Notes: generated by a model from the letters alone, not told the origin. DNA of 52,720 nt from Chiloscyllium plagiosum (GCF_004010195.1 NC_057750.1:7061696-7114415); one strand, 5' to 3'. Positions 26,100-39,654 are shown, counted from the first letter of the stretch. Translations and numbers: made by a program.

Positions 26100-26815
26100 A
26101 CTGAGGTGCTGCATTTTGGGAAAGCAAATCTTAGCATACACTGAATGGTAAGGTCCTAGGGAGTGTTGCTGAACAAAGAGACCTTGGAGTGCAGGTTCAT
26201 AGCTCCTTGAAAGTGGAGTCGCAGGTAGACAGGATAGTGAAGAAGGTATTTGGTATGCTTTCCTTTATTGGTCAGAGTATTGAGCACAGGAGTTGGGAGG
26301 TCATGTTGCAGCTGTACAGGACATTGGTTAGGCCACTGTTGGAATATTGCGTGCAATTCTGGTCTCCTTCCTATCGGAAACATGTTGTGAAACTTGAAAG
26401 GGTTCAGAAAAGATTTACAAAGATGTTGCCAGGATTGGAGGATCTGAGCTACAGGGAGAGACTGAACAGGCTGGGGCTGTTTTCCCTGGAGCGTCGGAGG
26501 CTGAGGGGTGACCTTATAGAGGTTTACAAAATCGTGAGGGGCGTGGATAGGGTAAATAGACAAAGTCTTTTCCCTGGGGTCGGGGAATCCAGAACCAGAG
26601 GGCATGGGTTTAGGGTGAGAGGGGAAAAATAAAGAGACCTAAGGGGCAACTTTTTCTCAGAGTGTTACGTTTATGGAATGAGCTGCCAGAGGAAGTGGTG
26701 GAGGCTGGTACAATTGCAACATTTAAAAGGCATCTGGATGGGTATATGAATAGGAAGGGTTTGGAGGGATATGGACCATGTGCTGGCAGGTGGGACTAGA
26801 TTGGGGTTGGGATAT
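26100..26815 (+). mobile_element. HER1/CR1 LINE 3' fragment (young)
   Basis: ORF 26189-26632: LYRTLVRPLLEYCVQFWSP..KLERVQKRFTKMLPGL..LSYRERLNRLGLFSLERRRLRGDLIEVYKI. Confidence 0.92.
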
Positions 26816-27721
26816 TTGTAGTTTCCAAATGTGGGATATTCTCCACGCCTGAGGCTATTCAGGAGTGCAGGTTGACGGCTGCTTGGTTTTGTGGTACCTC
26901 AGACAATGCTGCACCGAGGGGAGTGTTGACTCAAACCTTGGAGTAGGCCTCAAACCCTACGGCTCTCTGACTCTGCGATGGGAGGGCGAGCTGTGGTTGC
27001 TAACCCAGCCTGGATTGGAAAGCTGAATATACCCACCATTCCTTGGGCACTGTAGGTCAGCAAGGTTCCCCCACTCCTGGTATTTAATCCCAATGAGGTG
27101 GGGGGGGGGGGGTAGATTAGGCAGAGCATGATGCCATAAAATATTCTCACGAATGAAAGCTCTCATGTTTTTCACTGAAATTCCCGTGTTAGTTTATTAG
27201 GGTTCATTCAGCTTCCCAGGTCTTTTGCCCCCTTTCTCTCCACGTTATACTCTGTACTCTGTTGCTGGTTTGTTCTGCTTCCTGGATTTTATTGCAAAGT
27301 GAAGACTCCAGCTTGTGGTTCAAACAAAGTTCCTCCATGACGTTGGTTTATTTAGTGAGCATTCCTGTCATTCCAGAGGATGGAACAATGACCCTGAACC
27401 ATTCGGTCAGACTCCCTCTACCCTACGCATCCCCCCCCCCCCCCCCCCCCCCCACCGACTCCATACAGCTTACCTGTGGTTCAAACAGACAGTACCAAAG
27501 ACTTTGGAGGAAATAAAAACGTTTTCTTTATATAAACGATCTGTTTATATTTTATTCTGTTCATTGGTTGTTTTCTTTTCTTTCCGTCCTTGTAGAGTCT
27601 TTCCGATTCAATCACTGATTTTTCTTTTTTCTTTTGATTTATGATTTGGTTTACTGTATTTCCCTCTTTTGTTGCTCATTTTAGATTCCAAGTTGTCCCC
27701 ATATCTATGGTAATTCTACCA

Positions 27722-28085
27722 CATAGAGATGCACATCTCTCATACAAACAGACCCTTCGACCCAACTCGTCCATGCCGACCAGATATCCTCAACTGATCT
27801 ATTCCCATTTGCCAGCACTTGGCCCATATCCCTCTAAACCCTTCCTGTTCATATACCCATCCAGAGGCCTTTTAAATGTTGTAATTGTACCAGCCTCCAC
27901 CACTTCCTCTGGCAGCTCATTCCATACATGCACCACCCTCTGGTTGAAAAAGTTGCCCCTTGGGTCTCTTTTATATCTTTCGCCTCTCACCCGAAACCTA
28001 TGCCCTCTAGTTCTGGACTCCCCCACCCCAGGGGAAAGACATTGTCTGTTTACCCTATCCATGCCCCTCATGTTTTTTAAACCTC
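27722..28085 (-). mobile_element. HER1/CR1 LINE 3' fragment
   Basis: ORF 27799-28071: TRGHRFRVRG..VWNELPEEVVEAGTI. Confidence 0.9.
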
Positions 28086-28169
28086 TGTCAGGTGCTACTC
28101 ACTGCCTGTCACTTTGAACAATACTACTTGGTTTCAGACAGAGGTCGTAAACTTTTAGATTCAAAACAC

Positions 28170-28450
28170 TCTACAGTGTGGAAGCAGGCCATTCGGCCCA
28201 TCAATGCTCCGAAGAGCATTCCACACCCCCTGTAACCCTGCATTTCCCAAGACTAACCTGCACATACCTGGACACTATATGAGGCAATTTCCCGCAGCCA
28301 ATTCCCCCACTAACCTACACATCTTTAGACTGTGGGAGGAAACCCACGCAGACACTGGGAGAACATGCAAACTCCACACAGTCGCCCGAGGGTGGAATCG
28401 AACCCAGGTCCCTGGTGCTGTGAGGCAGCAGTGTTAACCACTGAGCCACT
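28170..28450 (-). mobile_element. HE1-type V-SINE
   Basis: Reverse-complement head and V-domain. Confidence 0.8.
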
Positions 28451-28457
28451 GAAGGGG

Positions 28458-28873
28458 TCATAGAGTCATAGAGATGTACCGCATGGGGACAGACCCTTCG
28501 GTCCAACCCGTCCATGCCAACCAGATATCCCAACCCAATCTAGTCCCACCTGCCAGCACCCGGCCCATATCCCTCCAAACCCTTCCTATTCATATTCCCA
28601 TCCAAATGCCTTTTAAATATTGCAATTGTACCAGCCTCCACCACATCCTCTGGCAGCTCATTCCATACACGTACCACCCTCTGCATGAAAATGTTGCCCC
28701 TTAGGTCTCTTTTATATCTTTTCCCTCTCACCCTAAACCTATACCCTCTAGTTCTGGACTCCCCCCACCCCAGGGAACAGACTTTGTCTATTTATCCTAT
28801 CCATGCCCCTCATGATTTTGTAAACCTCTATTGGGTCACCCCTCAGCCTCCGACGCTCCAGGGAAAACAGCCC
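28458..28873 (-). mobile_element. HER1/CR1 LINE 3' fragment
   Basis: Same sequence family as 7170-7680, including the tail. Confidence 0.9.
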
Positions 28874-29519
28874 TGAGTCAGTGGATGGTGCAGGGAAATG
28901 GTGTTTGGGGTAGAAGGTCAGCCATTTTGTTGAATAGTGGAGCAGCCTCGAGGGGCTGAGTGGCCCATTTTTGTGTTTCCTACCTGGCAGTCTGCTCCAA
29001 CGTTGGATTTATTTGTAGGTGCGAGGTGGCAATGGGGGATCAACAGCAGTAGCTCTTGGAAATGGTGGACTGTGTCGCGTGTCATTTCCCCCCGTGGCCT
29101 GATGTCTAACTTTTTAGTTTTAAAATTATTTTCTCGTGTAAAGCACCTTGAGCTGAATTTACACAGCGTTCAGATGTTGACGTGTTCACAACCTCTCCTC
29201 CTGATTTTTTTTTTTTTTGCTGATGATATCAGGGGCGAGAGAGAGAGAGAGACAGATATCAGGGGAGAACTCTCCAAGCCTTCAACACTATCTCCAAAAA
29301 TGGAAATATTTGACCTCTCTGCTGTGTTTTGTTTTTTCTGAATGGAGATAAAAGTTACTGAAGTTAATTGCTTCCAATTTAAGCTCTGTCAGCCCAGTGA
29401 TGATATGCTGTCAGCCTCTGACTCACTGATAAACCATCCGTCTTCCTGCTCCCTGCATCAGCTTGTGAGGCCCACTGCTGTCTGTGTGATAAAACTTCCC
29501 ACATCCCCAGATAGTGAGT

Positions 29520-30262
29520 TATGAGCAACACCCAGCACGGAAGCAGACTCTTCGGTCCACCCAATCCATGCCGACTATAACCCCAAACTAAACTTGGCCC
29601 ATGTTCTCTCCAAACATTTCTTGTTCCTATCCAGATATCTTTTAAATGTTGTAACTGTACCCATATCCACCACTTCCTCTGAAAGTTCGAGCCACTCTCT
29701 GTGTAAAAAGATTGTCCCTCAGTTTTTTTTAACAATCTTCCTTCTCTCTCCTTAAAGAATGTGTGTGGTATTAGAGTTATAGAGATGTACAGCACGGAAA
29801 CAGACCCTTTGGTCCAACCTGTCCACTCTGACCAGATATCCCAACCCAATCAAGTCCCCACCTGCCAGCACCCGGCCCATAGCCCTCCAAACCCTTCCTA
29901 TTCATATACCCATCCAGATGCCTAGAAATCCCCCACCTAAGGGAAAAGACACTTACCATTCACCTTATCCGTGTCCCTCATGATCTTACAAACCTCTATA
30001 AAGGTCACCCCTCAACCTCCTACGCTCCAGGGAAAACAGCCCCAGCCTCTCTTCATAACTCAAACCTTCCATTCCTGGCAACATCCTGGGAAATCTCTTC
30101 CAAACCCCCCCCTCCAGTTTAATAATATCCTTCATGTAACAGGGTGACTAGAACTGGACGCAGTACTCCTCACCAATGTCTTGTACAACCTCAACATGAC
30201 CCCTACACTCAAAGGTCTGAGCAATGAAAGCAAGTATGCTTAAACACCTTCTTGACCACCCT
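29520..30262 (-). mobile_element. Nested CR1/HER1 LINE fragments
   Basis: An older CR1 3' end is interrupted by a younger HER1 tail at about 29775-29922. Confidence 0.7.
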
Positions 30263-30510
30263 GTAGGTGGTCAAATGTAGGCAGAAGGTCAATGCAGGGA
30301 GTGCCACGTAATGGAGCTTCCATTAGTGTAGCCGCCTGTCTCCTGTCACTGCCTCTCCTCTCTTGTCTGTGCCCCGTGCCCCTTGACCCTAGCCTCCCCA
30401 TCTCAAGGACGCAGTGATGTGATCATCTACCTATGGTGTGATGATTAATTGTTATATGGCACCGCCCAAGGTTGTGATGGCAAAGGAGATTAAAGAGAAG
30501 ATGGGGATAG

Positions 30511-30848
30511 GGGCAGCACGGTGGCTCAGTGGTTAGCACTGCTGCCTCACAGCGCCAGAGGCCCGGGTTCGATGCCAGCCTCCGGCAACTGTGCAAACTC
30601 CACACAGACAGCCATTCTCCCCGTGTCTGTGCAGGAAAAGGTGGATTGTTCAAAGTTTGTGAGAAGATTTGTAGGTGGATTGGCCATGGGAGATCACCCA
30701 TGGTGTTCAGGAATGTGTAGGTTAGATGGGTTAGCCATGGGGAATGCAGGGTTATGGGGATAGTATAAGGCGGGAGTGGGGTCCTCTTGATGATTGGTGC
30801 AGACTACATGGACCGAATGGCCTCCATCCACACCGTAGGGATTCCATA
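30511..30848 (+). mobile_element. HE1-type V-SINE (rearranged)
   Basis: tRNA head gggcagcacggtggctcagtggttagc; short internal inversion of the V-domain. Confidence 0.75.
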
Positions 30849-31448
30849 AACCTGGGTTGTCTTCCTTGGAGCAGAGGGGGAACCTGGTAGAGGTGTATAC
30901 AATTGAGGGGCATGGACAGGGTGGATAGGAAGTGGCTGTTTGAAAGGTCAATAACAAGGTGAGGTGGGGTGGGTGGGGGGAGCGGTAAAAGATGGGAGGT
31001 GTGAGAGAATTTAAGAAAAAAAATATTTAACCAAGAGGACTGGAGGGGAGCGTTCTGGGCCACAGTCCCTTGGAGAGTAGTTGAGGCAGGAAACCTCACA
31101 ATGTTTAAAAAGGGGGAGCGCTTGAAGTGTCACAGCGTTGAAGGCTTTCGGCCTAGTGTGGGAAAGTAGGGACTAGTGCAGACATAGAGTTGTTATTGTC
31201 AGTACAGCGCTGATGGACTGAAGGGCCTCTTCTGTACTATGATTGTATGACCAGATGCCCCACACATGTGTGAAGGTCTTTATGATCCGATCATACTATG
31301 ACTAGGCTTTACAACGTATTCGCGTTCCCTCCATGTGGTGTCCCATAAAACAGGTTGGCAGCGAGCTATGGTGTCTGCCAATGAATCTCTCTTTGATTTT
31401 TGGGGATGTGGAATGCTCTCTGGTCTCCTGAGCCGCACTGCTAATTAA

Positions 31449-31721
<273 letters not shown>

Positions 31722-32508
31722 TAAGCCCCCAACCAATGCCAACGCTTTTGGATTCTGGTGCGATTTGCTTGGCTTATTTTTCTGAGCCAAGCTTGCAAAT
31801 GTTTTGATGCTGGGACCAATCAGCTCTAAGCAGATGGGAATATATGTTGTACCCTTTTTTATTTAAATTAAGCAAGTGGGAGGGACAATAATTCCCTACT
31901 GCAATCTCTACCACAATGCCTCGGCCAATCGCAGTTGACTTAACAACCGATCAGTAATTTTCATTCACCTGCAGAATAAATTGTTGTTCCCTTTTGTGAA
32001 ATTTTGGCAAGCTTGGAGACATGGGGTAGAAATTCGACAGTGGTGGGATTCACAGGCAGCTCCTTCATTTCAAGGGGAACTGACAGAAAGAGTTGAATTG
32101 TTGTCAGAGTGGAGGATTCACAGGCTTTGGGCAAATGTGGGGAGGAAGGCAAGAACGAGGTTAGTCCGGTTGATGGAGCGAATAGCCTTTGTGCTAAAAC
32201 GTACTGCACCCACATTGGGGTGGGGGTGGGGGAATTTCTTGACTCCGAGTGGGAATTGCAGGAAGATGACGTTTTGGGGGCTTGAGGGGAAATAGCAATG
32301 GCTGACCTGTACACTATCTGTCCTTAAGACCATAAGACATAGGAGTGGAAGTAAGGCCATTCGGCCCATCGAGTCCACTCCGCCATTCAATCATGGCTGA
32401 TGCGCATTTCAGCTCCACTTACCAGCGTTCTCCCCGTAACCCTTAATTCCTCTAGACAACAAGAATCTATCAATCTCAGCCTTGAAGACATTTAGCGTCC
32501 CGGCTTCC

Positions 32509-33528
32509 CGTTTTCTCTCCTCGCCTCGTTTTCTCTCCTCGCCTCGTTTTCTCTCCTCGCCTCGTTTTCTCTCCTCGCCTCGTTTTCTCTCCTCGCCTCG
32601 TTTTCTCTCCTCGCCTCGTTTTCTCTCCTCGCCTCGTTTTCTCTCCTCGCCTCGTTTTCTCTCCTCGCCTCGTTTTCTCTCCTCGCCTCGTTTTCTCTCC
32701 TCGCCTCGTTTTCTCTCCTCGCCTCGTTTTCTCTCCTCGCCTCGTTTTCTCTCCTCGCCTCGTTTTCTCTCCTCGCCTCGTTTTCTCTCCTCGCCTCGTT
32801 TTCTCTCCTCGCCTCGTTTTCTCTCCTCGCCTCGTTTTCTCTCCTCGCCTCGTTTTCTCTCCTCGCCTCGTTTTCTCTCCTCGCCTCGTTTTCTCTCCTC
32901 GCCTCGTTTTCTCTCCTCGCCTCGTTTTCTCTCCTCGCCTCGTTTTCTCTCCTCGCCTCGTTTTCTCTCCTCGCCTCGTTTTCTCTCCTCGCCTCGTTTT
33001 CTCTCCTCGCCTCGTTTTCTCTCCTCGCCTCGTTTTCTCTCCTCGCCTCGTTTTCTCTCCTCGCCTCGTTTTCTCTCCTCGCCTCGTTTTCTCTCCTCGC
33101 CTCGTTTTCTCTCCTCGCCTCGTTTTCTCTCCTCGCCTCGTTTTCTCTCCTCGCCTCGTTTTCTCTCCTCGCCTCGTTTTCTCTCCTCGCCTCGTTTTCT
33201 CTCCTCGCCTCGTTTTCTCTCCTCGCCTCGTTTTCTCTCCTCGCCTCGTTTTCTCTCCTCGCCTCGTTTTCTCTCCTCGCCTCGTTTTCTCTCCTCGCCT
33301 CGTTTTCTCTCCTCGCCTCGTTTTCTCTCCTCGCCTCGTTTTCTCTCCTCGCCTCGTTTTCTCTCCTCGCCTCGTTTTCTCTCCTCGCCTCGTTTCCTCT
33401 CCTCGCCTCGTTTTCTCTCCTCGCCTCGTTTTCTCCCCTCGCCTCGTTTTCTCCCCTCGCCTCGTTTTCTCCCCTCGCCTCGTTTTCTCCCCTCGCCTCG
33501 TTTTCTCTCCTCGCCTCGTTTTCTCCCT
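32509..33528. repeat. 18-bp tandem array (cgttttctctcctcgcct), about 56 copies, in VASP intron 2
   Basis: Near-perfect repeats with variants only at the 3' end; no A on the + strand. Confidence 0.97.
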
Positions 33529-33650
33529 CAGGTGTCCAGAGCGGTTTTGGGAAGAGGTCTCTGTGGAGTAAGGTTCTTTTGAGTTGTACATCAGGTGTTA
33601 GGGTGGGTGGTGATGAACCCTGCGACCTACGTTTGGGAACACATAAGTGA

Positions 33651-34106
<456 letters not shown>

Positions 34107-34518
34107 TGAGGCCAATGCGCTTAATGTTTTCAAAAACAAGCTGGATCTAGTTCTCCAGGTGTAAAAGGATCGAAGGGAAACCGGGCACTGAGTTGGATGG
34201 TCAGCCCACAATCCTCTTGAAAGGGGCAGCAGGCCCGAAGGGCCAAATGGCCGCCTTCCCTTGCTTCCAGTTTCTGTGGGTTCTACAAAAGCAGGGAGCT
34301 TTTGGGGGATAAAAAGACTATCGGGGGCCTAAGTCAGACCACAGCCAGAATACTGTGAAAGGTCTTGGGGCCCTTTATCCAAGGGAAGATATCCCAGCAT
34401 CGGAGGCGGTCCAGAGAAGGTTCGCTCGGCTGATCCCGGGGATGGAAGGAGCGTCTTGGGAGGAGAGGGGAGTAGGTCGGGCCTGTCCTCATTGGGGTTT
34501 AGGAGAATGAGAGCCGCT

Positions 34519-34606
34519 GGAAATGTGTTGCTGGAAAAGCGCAGCAGGTCAGGCAGCATCCAGGGAACAGGAGAATCGACGTTTCGGGCATAAGCCCTTC
34601 TTCAGG
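34519..34606 (-). mobile_element. Penelope-like fragment with hammerhead-like motif, inserted in a CR1 remnant
   Basis: - strand CTGAAGA-A-GGGCttatGCCC-GAAACGTC at 34573-34606. Confidence 0.65.
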
Positions 34607-35819
34607 CGACCTTATTGAAACGGAGAATTGTGTGGGAGACTCTAGGATCACAGGGGCAGTATCTCAGAACAGGATCATTAGGAATGTAGAAACTAGGAGC
34701 AGGAGTAGGCCATTCGGCCCTTCGAGCCTGCTCCACCAGTCATTATGATCATCCAACTCAGTCCCCTATTCCCACTTTCTCGCCTTGAGCCCTAAGATCG
34801 ATATCTAACATCTTTGCCCGTTGAAGACAGAGACAGGTTAGGAATATCTTCAGTCCGAGGGGAGTCAGTCTGTGGAGTTCTTTACCGCAGAGGGCTGTCG
34901 AGGCCGGGACATCGGGATATCCAAGGCTGAGGGAGACTTTTAATGGGGAAGGGAACCGAGGGTTGTGGGGAAGAGGAAGAAAGCAAGGTGGCAATGAGGG
35001 TTAACCTATCAGCCACGATCTTATTGAATGCCAGAGTACACTTGATGGGCTGAATGGCCTACATCTGCTCCTATGTCTTGAGCCCCATGCCCTTGAGAAG
35101 TTGAAGTGATCAAACATTGTGTTGCACTATGGAGTCATACAGCACAGAAACAGGCCCTTCAGCCCAACTTGTCCATGCCAGCCAGGTATCCTAAATTAAT
35201 CTAGTCCCATTTGTCAGCACTTGGCCCATATCCCTTTTAAACCCTCCCTATTCAGATGCCTTTTAAATGTAACTGTACCTGCGTCTACCACCACCTCTTG
35301 CAGCTCATTCTACACACAAACCAGGCCCTGCCTGAAAAAGTTGCCACTTGGCTCCCTTTTTAAAATCTTTCCCCTCTCATCTTTTAAAGCTATGTTCTGT
35401 AGTTTTGGTCTCCCCTACCCTGGGGAAAAGACCATCATCATTCACCTCGCAGAAGACAGCGTGAGGAGAGTTTGGAGGGAACTGAGGAAGTTGACAGATG
35501 AACCCTGCATCATCCCCCTCGTTTAATTTAATTGAATTTGATTTATTATTGTCCCGTGTACCGATACGGTGAAGCGTATTGTTTTGCATGCTATCCAGAT
35601 AAGTCCCACCTTATACAAGTCCATAGAACACAATGCAGAAAATGCTAATTAAAATCGGGAAAAAATGCGAATGCTGTAAGTAAAAACAGAAATTGCTGGA
35701 AAAGCTCAGCAGGTCTAGCAGCACCTGTGGAGAGAAATTAGAGTTAACACTTCAGATCGAGTGTCCTGTTCTCAAAATCTCTGTTTGGTTTGTGTGACCC
35801 TGCCTTCTCTCCTGTACAG

Positions 35820-35883
35820 GAACTGCTGCCCCACGGCCGGTGAACAATGGACCAAGTGCGGAGGAGTTGGAACAGCAGAGGAG
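35820..35883 (+). CDS. VASP: Ena/VASP exon 4 (linker, NGPSxEE motif)
   Basis: tacag acceptor, AG|gtgagg donor. (G)TAAPRPVNNGPSAEELEQQR(R) matches the family NGPSxEExExQ[KR]R motif; phase 1 -> 2. Confidence 0.9.
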
Positions 35884-36474
35884 GTGAGGCTGATTTGGAG
35901 CCGATTTCTAAGAAATCCCAAGGCCCCGGGCTGGGGGGAGGGGTTGGGCAAGGCCTGGTGGGGCAGGCCCTGAGCTCGGGGGTGGGGGGTGGGGGAGCCT
36001 GGTGGGGACAGGCCACCGGGAAAGGCTCTGGGGCAAGGCCTGGTGGGGAAGGATCTACACCACACCGGATGGCAATTCCAGCAATGTCTTCCTTTCTCTC
36101 ACTCGCTCCCTCTCGTTCACTCTCCCCTTTTATTAAAATTTCGGGATTAATCCGGATTTCAGACCCTGCAATCTAATCTTCTGGAGAGTGCACTGTCAGT
36201 GCTGAATGGCTGCGTGGCATCTAATCTGGTTAGATCCCGACCTCTCACTCTGCGTTCCAATTATCTGAATGCCCCCGGTGCTCCTGAAAGCAAAGTCCCT
36301 TGCAGCAGGGGGTGTGGTAACATTTCTTCTGTCTCTGGAACGGAGTCTGAAACTTGGCAATCATACTTGGCTTTATGATCACGGTCCGTGAGGGGGAAGA
36401 AAGAGTTAACAGAACCTCCTGAGAGCCCTGAGTTGTGTTCACTGTGTCTGTTCCTTTAAACACTCTCTAGAAGC

Positions 36475-36860
36475 TCGGACTTTTCTCTCTGAAGAGAAGG
36501 AGGAAGAGAGGAGACCTGATCGAGGTGTACAAGATAATGAAAGGAATAGATAGTCAATAGCCAGAGACTTTTCCCCAGGGCAGGATTGACTGGTACGAGA
36601 AGTCATAGTTTGAAGATATTAGGAGGAAGGTTATAGAGGAGATGTCAGAGGTAGGTTCTTTACGCAGAGAGCTGTGAATGTATGGAATGCGTTGCCAGCT
36701 GTGGTGGTGGAAGCAGAGTCATTCGGGACATTTAAGCGACTGCTGGACATGCAGATGGATAGCAGTGAGTTGAGGGGCGCGTAGGTTAAGTTACTATATT
36801 TTACATTACAACATCGTGGGCCAAAGGGGCTGTTTTGTGCTGTACTTTTCTATGTTCTAT
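36475..36860 (+). mobile_element. CR1 LINE 3' fragment
   Basis: LGLFSL..RR.RGDLIEVYKIM.G remnant with tail. Confidence 0.8.
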
Positions 36861-36982
36861 GCTGCACCATGCTGTGTCCCTAATTGCCCCCTTGGGGGGG
36901 GAGCTGCCTTCTGGAGCCACTGCAGTCCATCTACTGTAGGTAGACCCACAATGCCCTGAGGGAGAGTATTCCAGGATTTTGC

Positions 36983-37278
36983 CGGTGGCTCAGTGGTTAG
37001 CTCTGCTGCCTCACAGCGCCAGGGACCTGGGTTCAGTTCCGACCTCGGGCAACTGTCTGTGTGGAGTTTGCACATTCTCCCCGTGTCTGCGTGGGTTTGC
37101 TCCGGTTTCCTCCCACAATCCAAAGGTGTGCAGGTCAGGGTGGATTGGCCAGGCTAAATTGCCCGTAGTGTAAGGTGTATCATTCAGGGGAATGGGTCTG
37201 GGTGGGTTGCTCTTCAGCGCTTTGGTGTAGACTTGTTGGGCCGAAGGGCCTGTTTCCACACTGTAGACCATCTAATCT
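36983..37278 (+). mobile_element. HE1-type V-SINE
   Basis: Head, V-domain and ctaatctaa tail. Confidence 0.85.
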
Positions 37279-37682
37279 AAGGGAATAGTCTACAAGATGC
37301 ACTGCAGAGATTCACCAAAGGTCCTCTGGCAGCACCTTCCAAACCCACGGCCACTTCCATGTAGAAGGACAAAGGCAGCGGACACTTGGGAACACCACCC
37401 CCTGCAAGTTCCCCTCCACTCACCACCCTGACTTGGAAATACATCACTGTTCCCTCAGTAGGCCAAAATGCTGGAATTCCGCCACGAATAGCATTGTGGG
37501 TCAAACGTCTCCAGCCAGAGAGTGGGGAATCTATGGAACCCATTGCCACGGAAGGCTGTGTAGAGGTCAGGTCATTGAGTGTATTTAAGACAGAGACAGG
37601 TTCTTGGGTATCAAGAGTCATGGGGAGAAAGTGGGAGAGTGGGGTTGAGAAACGTATCAGTCAATTTGTGTGTGGAGTCTGA

Positions 37683-38905
37683 GGAGGTAGGGGAAGCCCT
37701 AAATGAGTTTTTTTGCTTCTGTCTTTACGAAAGAAACGAACTTTGTAGTGAATGAAACCTTTGAAGAGCAGGTGTGCATGCTGGAATGGATAGAGGTAGA
37801 GGAAGCTGATGTGCTGAAAATTTTATCAAACATTAAGATTGACAAGTCGCCAGGCCCGGACCAGATTTGTCCTCGGCTGCTTTGGGAAACGAGAAATGCA
37901 ATTGCTTCGCCACCTTGCGTACCTGAGGACTTGAGAGAAGCAAATGTAATTCCTCCCTTCAAGAAGGGAAATAGGGAAATCCCCGGCAATTACAGACCAG
38001 TAAGTCTCACGTCTGTCGTCTTTAAGGTGTTAGGAAGGATTCGGAGGGATAGGATTTATGACCATCTGGAAGAGCATGGCTTGATTAAATGCAGTCAACA
38101 CGGCTTTGTGAGGGGCAAGTCATGCCTAGTTCTTTGAAGCGAGTTCTTTGAAGATGTGACTAGAAAAGTTGATGAGGGTCGAGCTGTGGATGTGGTGTAN
38201 NNNNNNNNNNNNNNNNNNNNNNNNNNNNNNNNNNNNNNNNNNNNNNNNNNNNNNNNNNNNNNNNNNNNNNNNNNNNNNNNNNNNNNNNNNNNNNNNNNNN
38301 NNNNNNNNNNNNNNNNNNNNNNNNNNNNNNNNNNNNNNNNNNNNNNNNNNNNNNNNNNNNNNNNNNNNNNNNNNNNNNNNNNNNNNNNNNNNNNNNNNNN
38401 NNNNNNNNNNNNNNNNNNNNNNNNNNNNNNNNNNNNNNNNNNNNNNNNNNNNNNNNNNNNNNNNNNNNNNNNNNNNNNCTGCCTGGACTGGAGGGCTTAT
38501 CTTATGAAGAGAGGTTGACTGAGCTCGGACTTTTTTCATTGGAGAAGAGGAGGAGGAGAGGGGACCTAATTGAGGTGTACAAGATAATGAGAGGCATAGA
38601 TAGAGTCAATAGCCAGAAACTATTTCCCAGGGCAGAAATGGCTAACACGAGGGGTCATAGTTTTAAGCTGGTTGGAGGAAAGTATAGAGGGGATGTCAGA
38701 GGCGGGTTCTTTACACACAGAGTTGAGAGCATGGAATGCGTTGCCAGCAGCAGTTGTGGAAGCAAGGTCATTGGGGATATTTAGGAGACAACTGGACATG
38801 CATATGGTCACAGAAATTTGAGGGTACATACATGAGGATCAGTGGTCGGCACAACATCATGGGCTGAAGGGCCTGTTCTGTGCTGTACTGTTCGATGTTC
38901 TATGA
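37683..38905 (+). mobile_element. CR1 LINE ORF2 fragment spanning an N-gap
   Basis: FFASVFTKE, KSPGPDQI.PRLL.E, ANVIP.FKKG...PGNYRPVSLTSVV, SQHGFV.G.SCL, then LGLFSLEKRR.RGDLIEVYKIMRG. Confidence 0.9.
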
Positions 38906-39577
38906 TTGCATGGCAGAGTGACTCAATGGGCTGAATGGCCTAATTTCTGCTCCTCATCGTTTAACCAACAGCTCACCACCACCATCTGAAGGGGCAATCA
39001 GACACAGGCAATAAATGTTCGCCTAGATCCTGAGAGTGATTTTTAAAAACACCAGTTTGACTTCTAGTCTCTGATGAAATTTGTAAAGTGAGTTTTTACA
39101 CCTCGATTCTGTCTGCAGCATCTACAAGACGGAAATTAGGCCATTCAGCCCATCAAGCCTGCTGCACCATTCAATCATGGCTGATAAGTTTCTCTATCCC
39201 ATTCTCCTGTTTTCTCCCTACAACCCTTGATCCCCTCGATACTCAAGACCCCATCTATCTCCGTATTAAATAAACTCAGTGACCTGGCCTCCAACCTTCT
39301 CTGGCAATGAATTCTATAAATTCATGACTCACCCTGCACCATCTTTCCATCCGTCTGCTGTTGGAATCATAGAATCCCTACAGAGACTCGTATTGTGATA
39401 CACAGGAGGCTAACCTAATTGCCCTGACACTGGGTAATAGGGGGACAGATGGGTTTCACCATTGGGTCCCCCATTCTGACCTCGGTATGGTGAGTGGGGA
39501 GGTTCGGTGGGAGAGTGGGTAGCTCAGGGTTTCTGGCCTTTCCAACGTCTCTGTCGTGTTATCCCGTGAACGTACAG

Positions 39578-39654
39578 GCAGCAGCTGGAGCAGCAGAGGT
39601 TGGAGCAGCAGCGACTGGAGCAGGAACGCGAACAGCAGGAGAGGCGCAGTGCAG
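39578..39654 (+). CDS. VASP: Ena/VASP exon 5 (short Q/E/R/L repeat ending ERRSA)
   Basis: tacag acceptor, G|gtacgg donor. (R)QQLEQQRLEQQRLEQEREQQERRSA; phase 2 -> 1, frame-compatible with both neighbours. Confidence 0.85.

Noticed and set aside
27093..27100. ATGAG|gtgggg as candidate VASP exon 1
   Set aside because: Weak donor, poor Kozak context and no CpG-island setting. The other match (about 8357) is inside a LINE.
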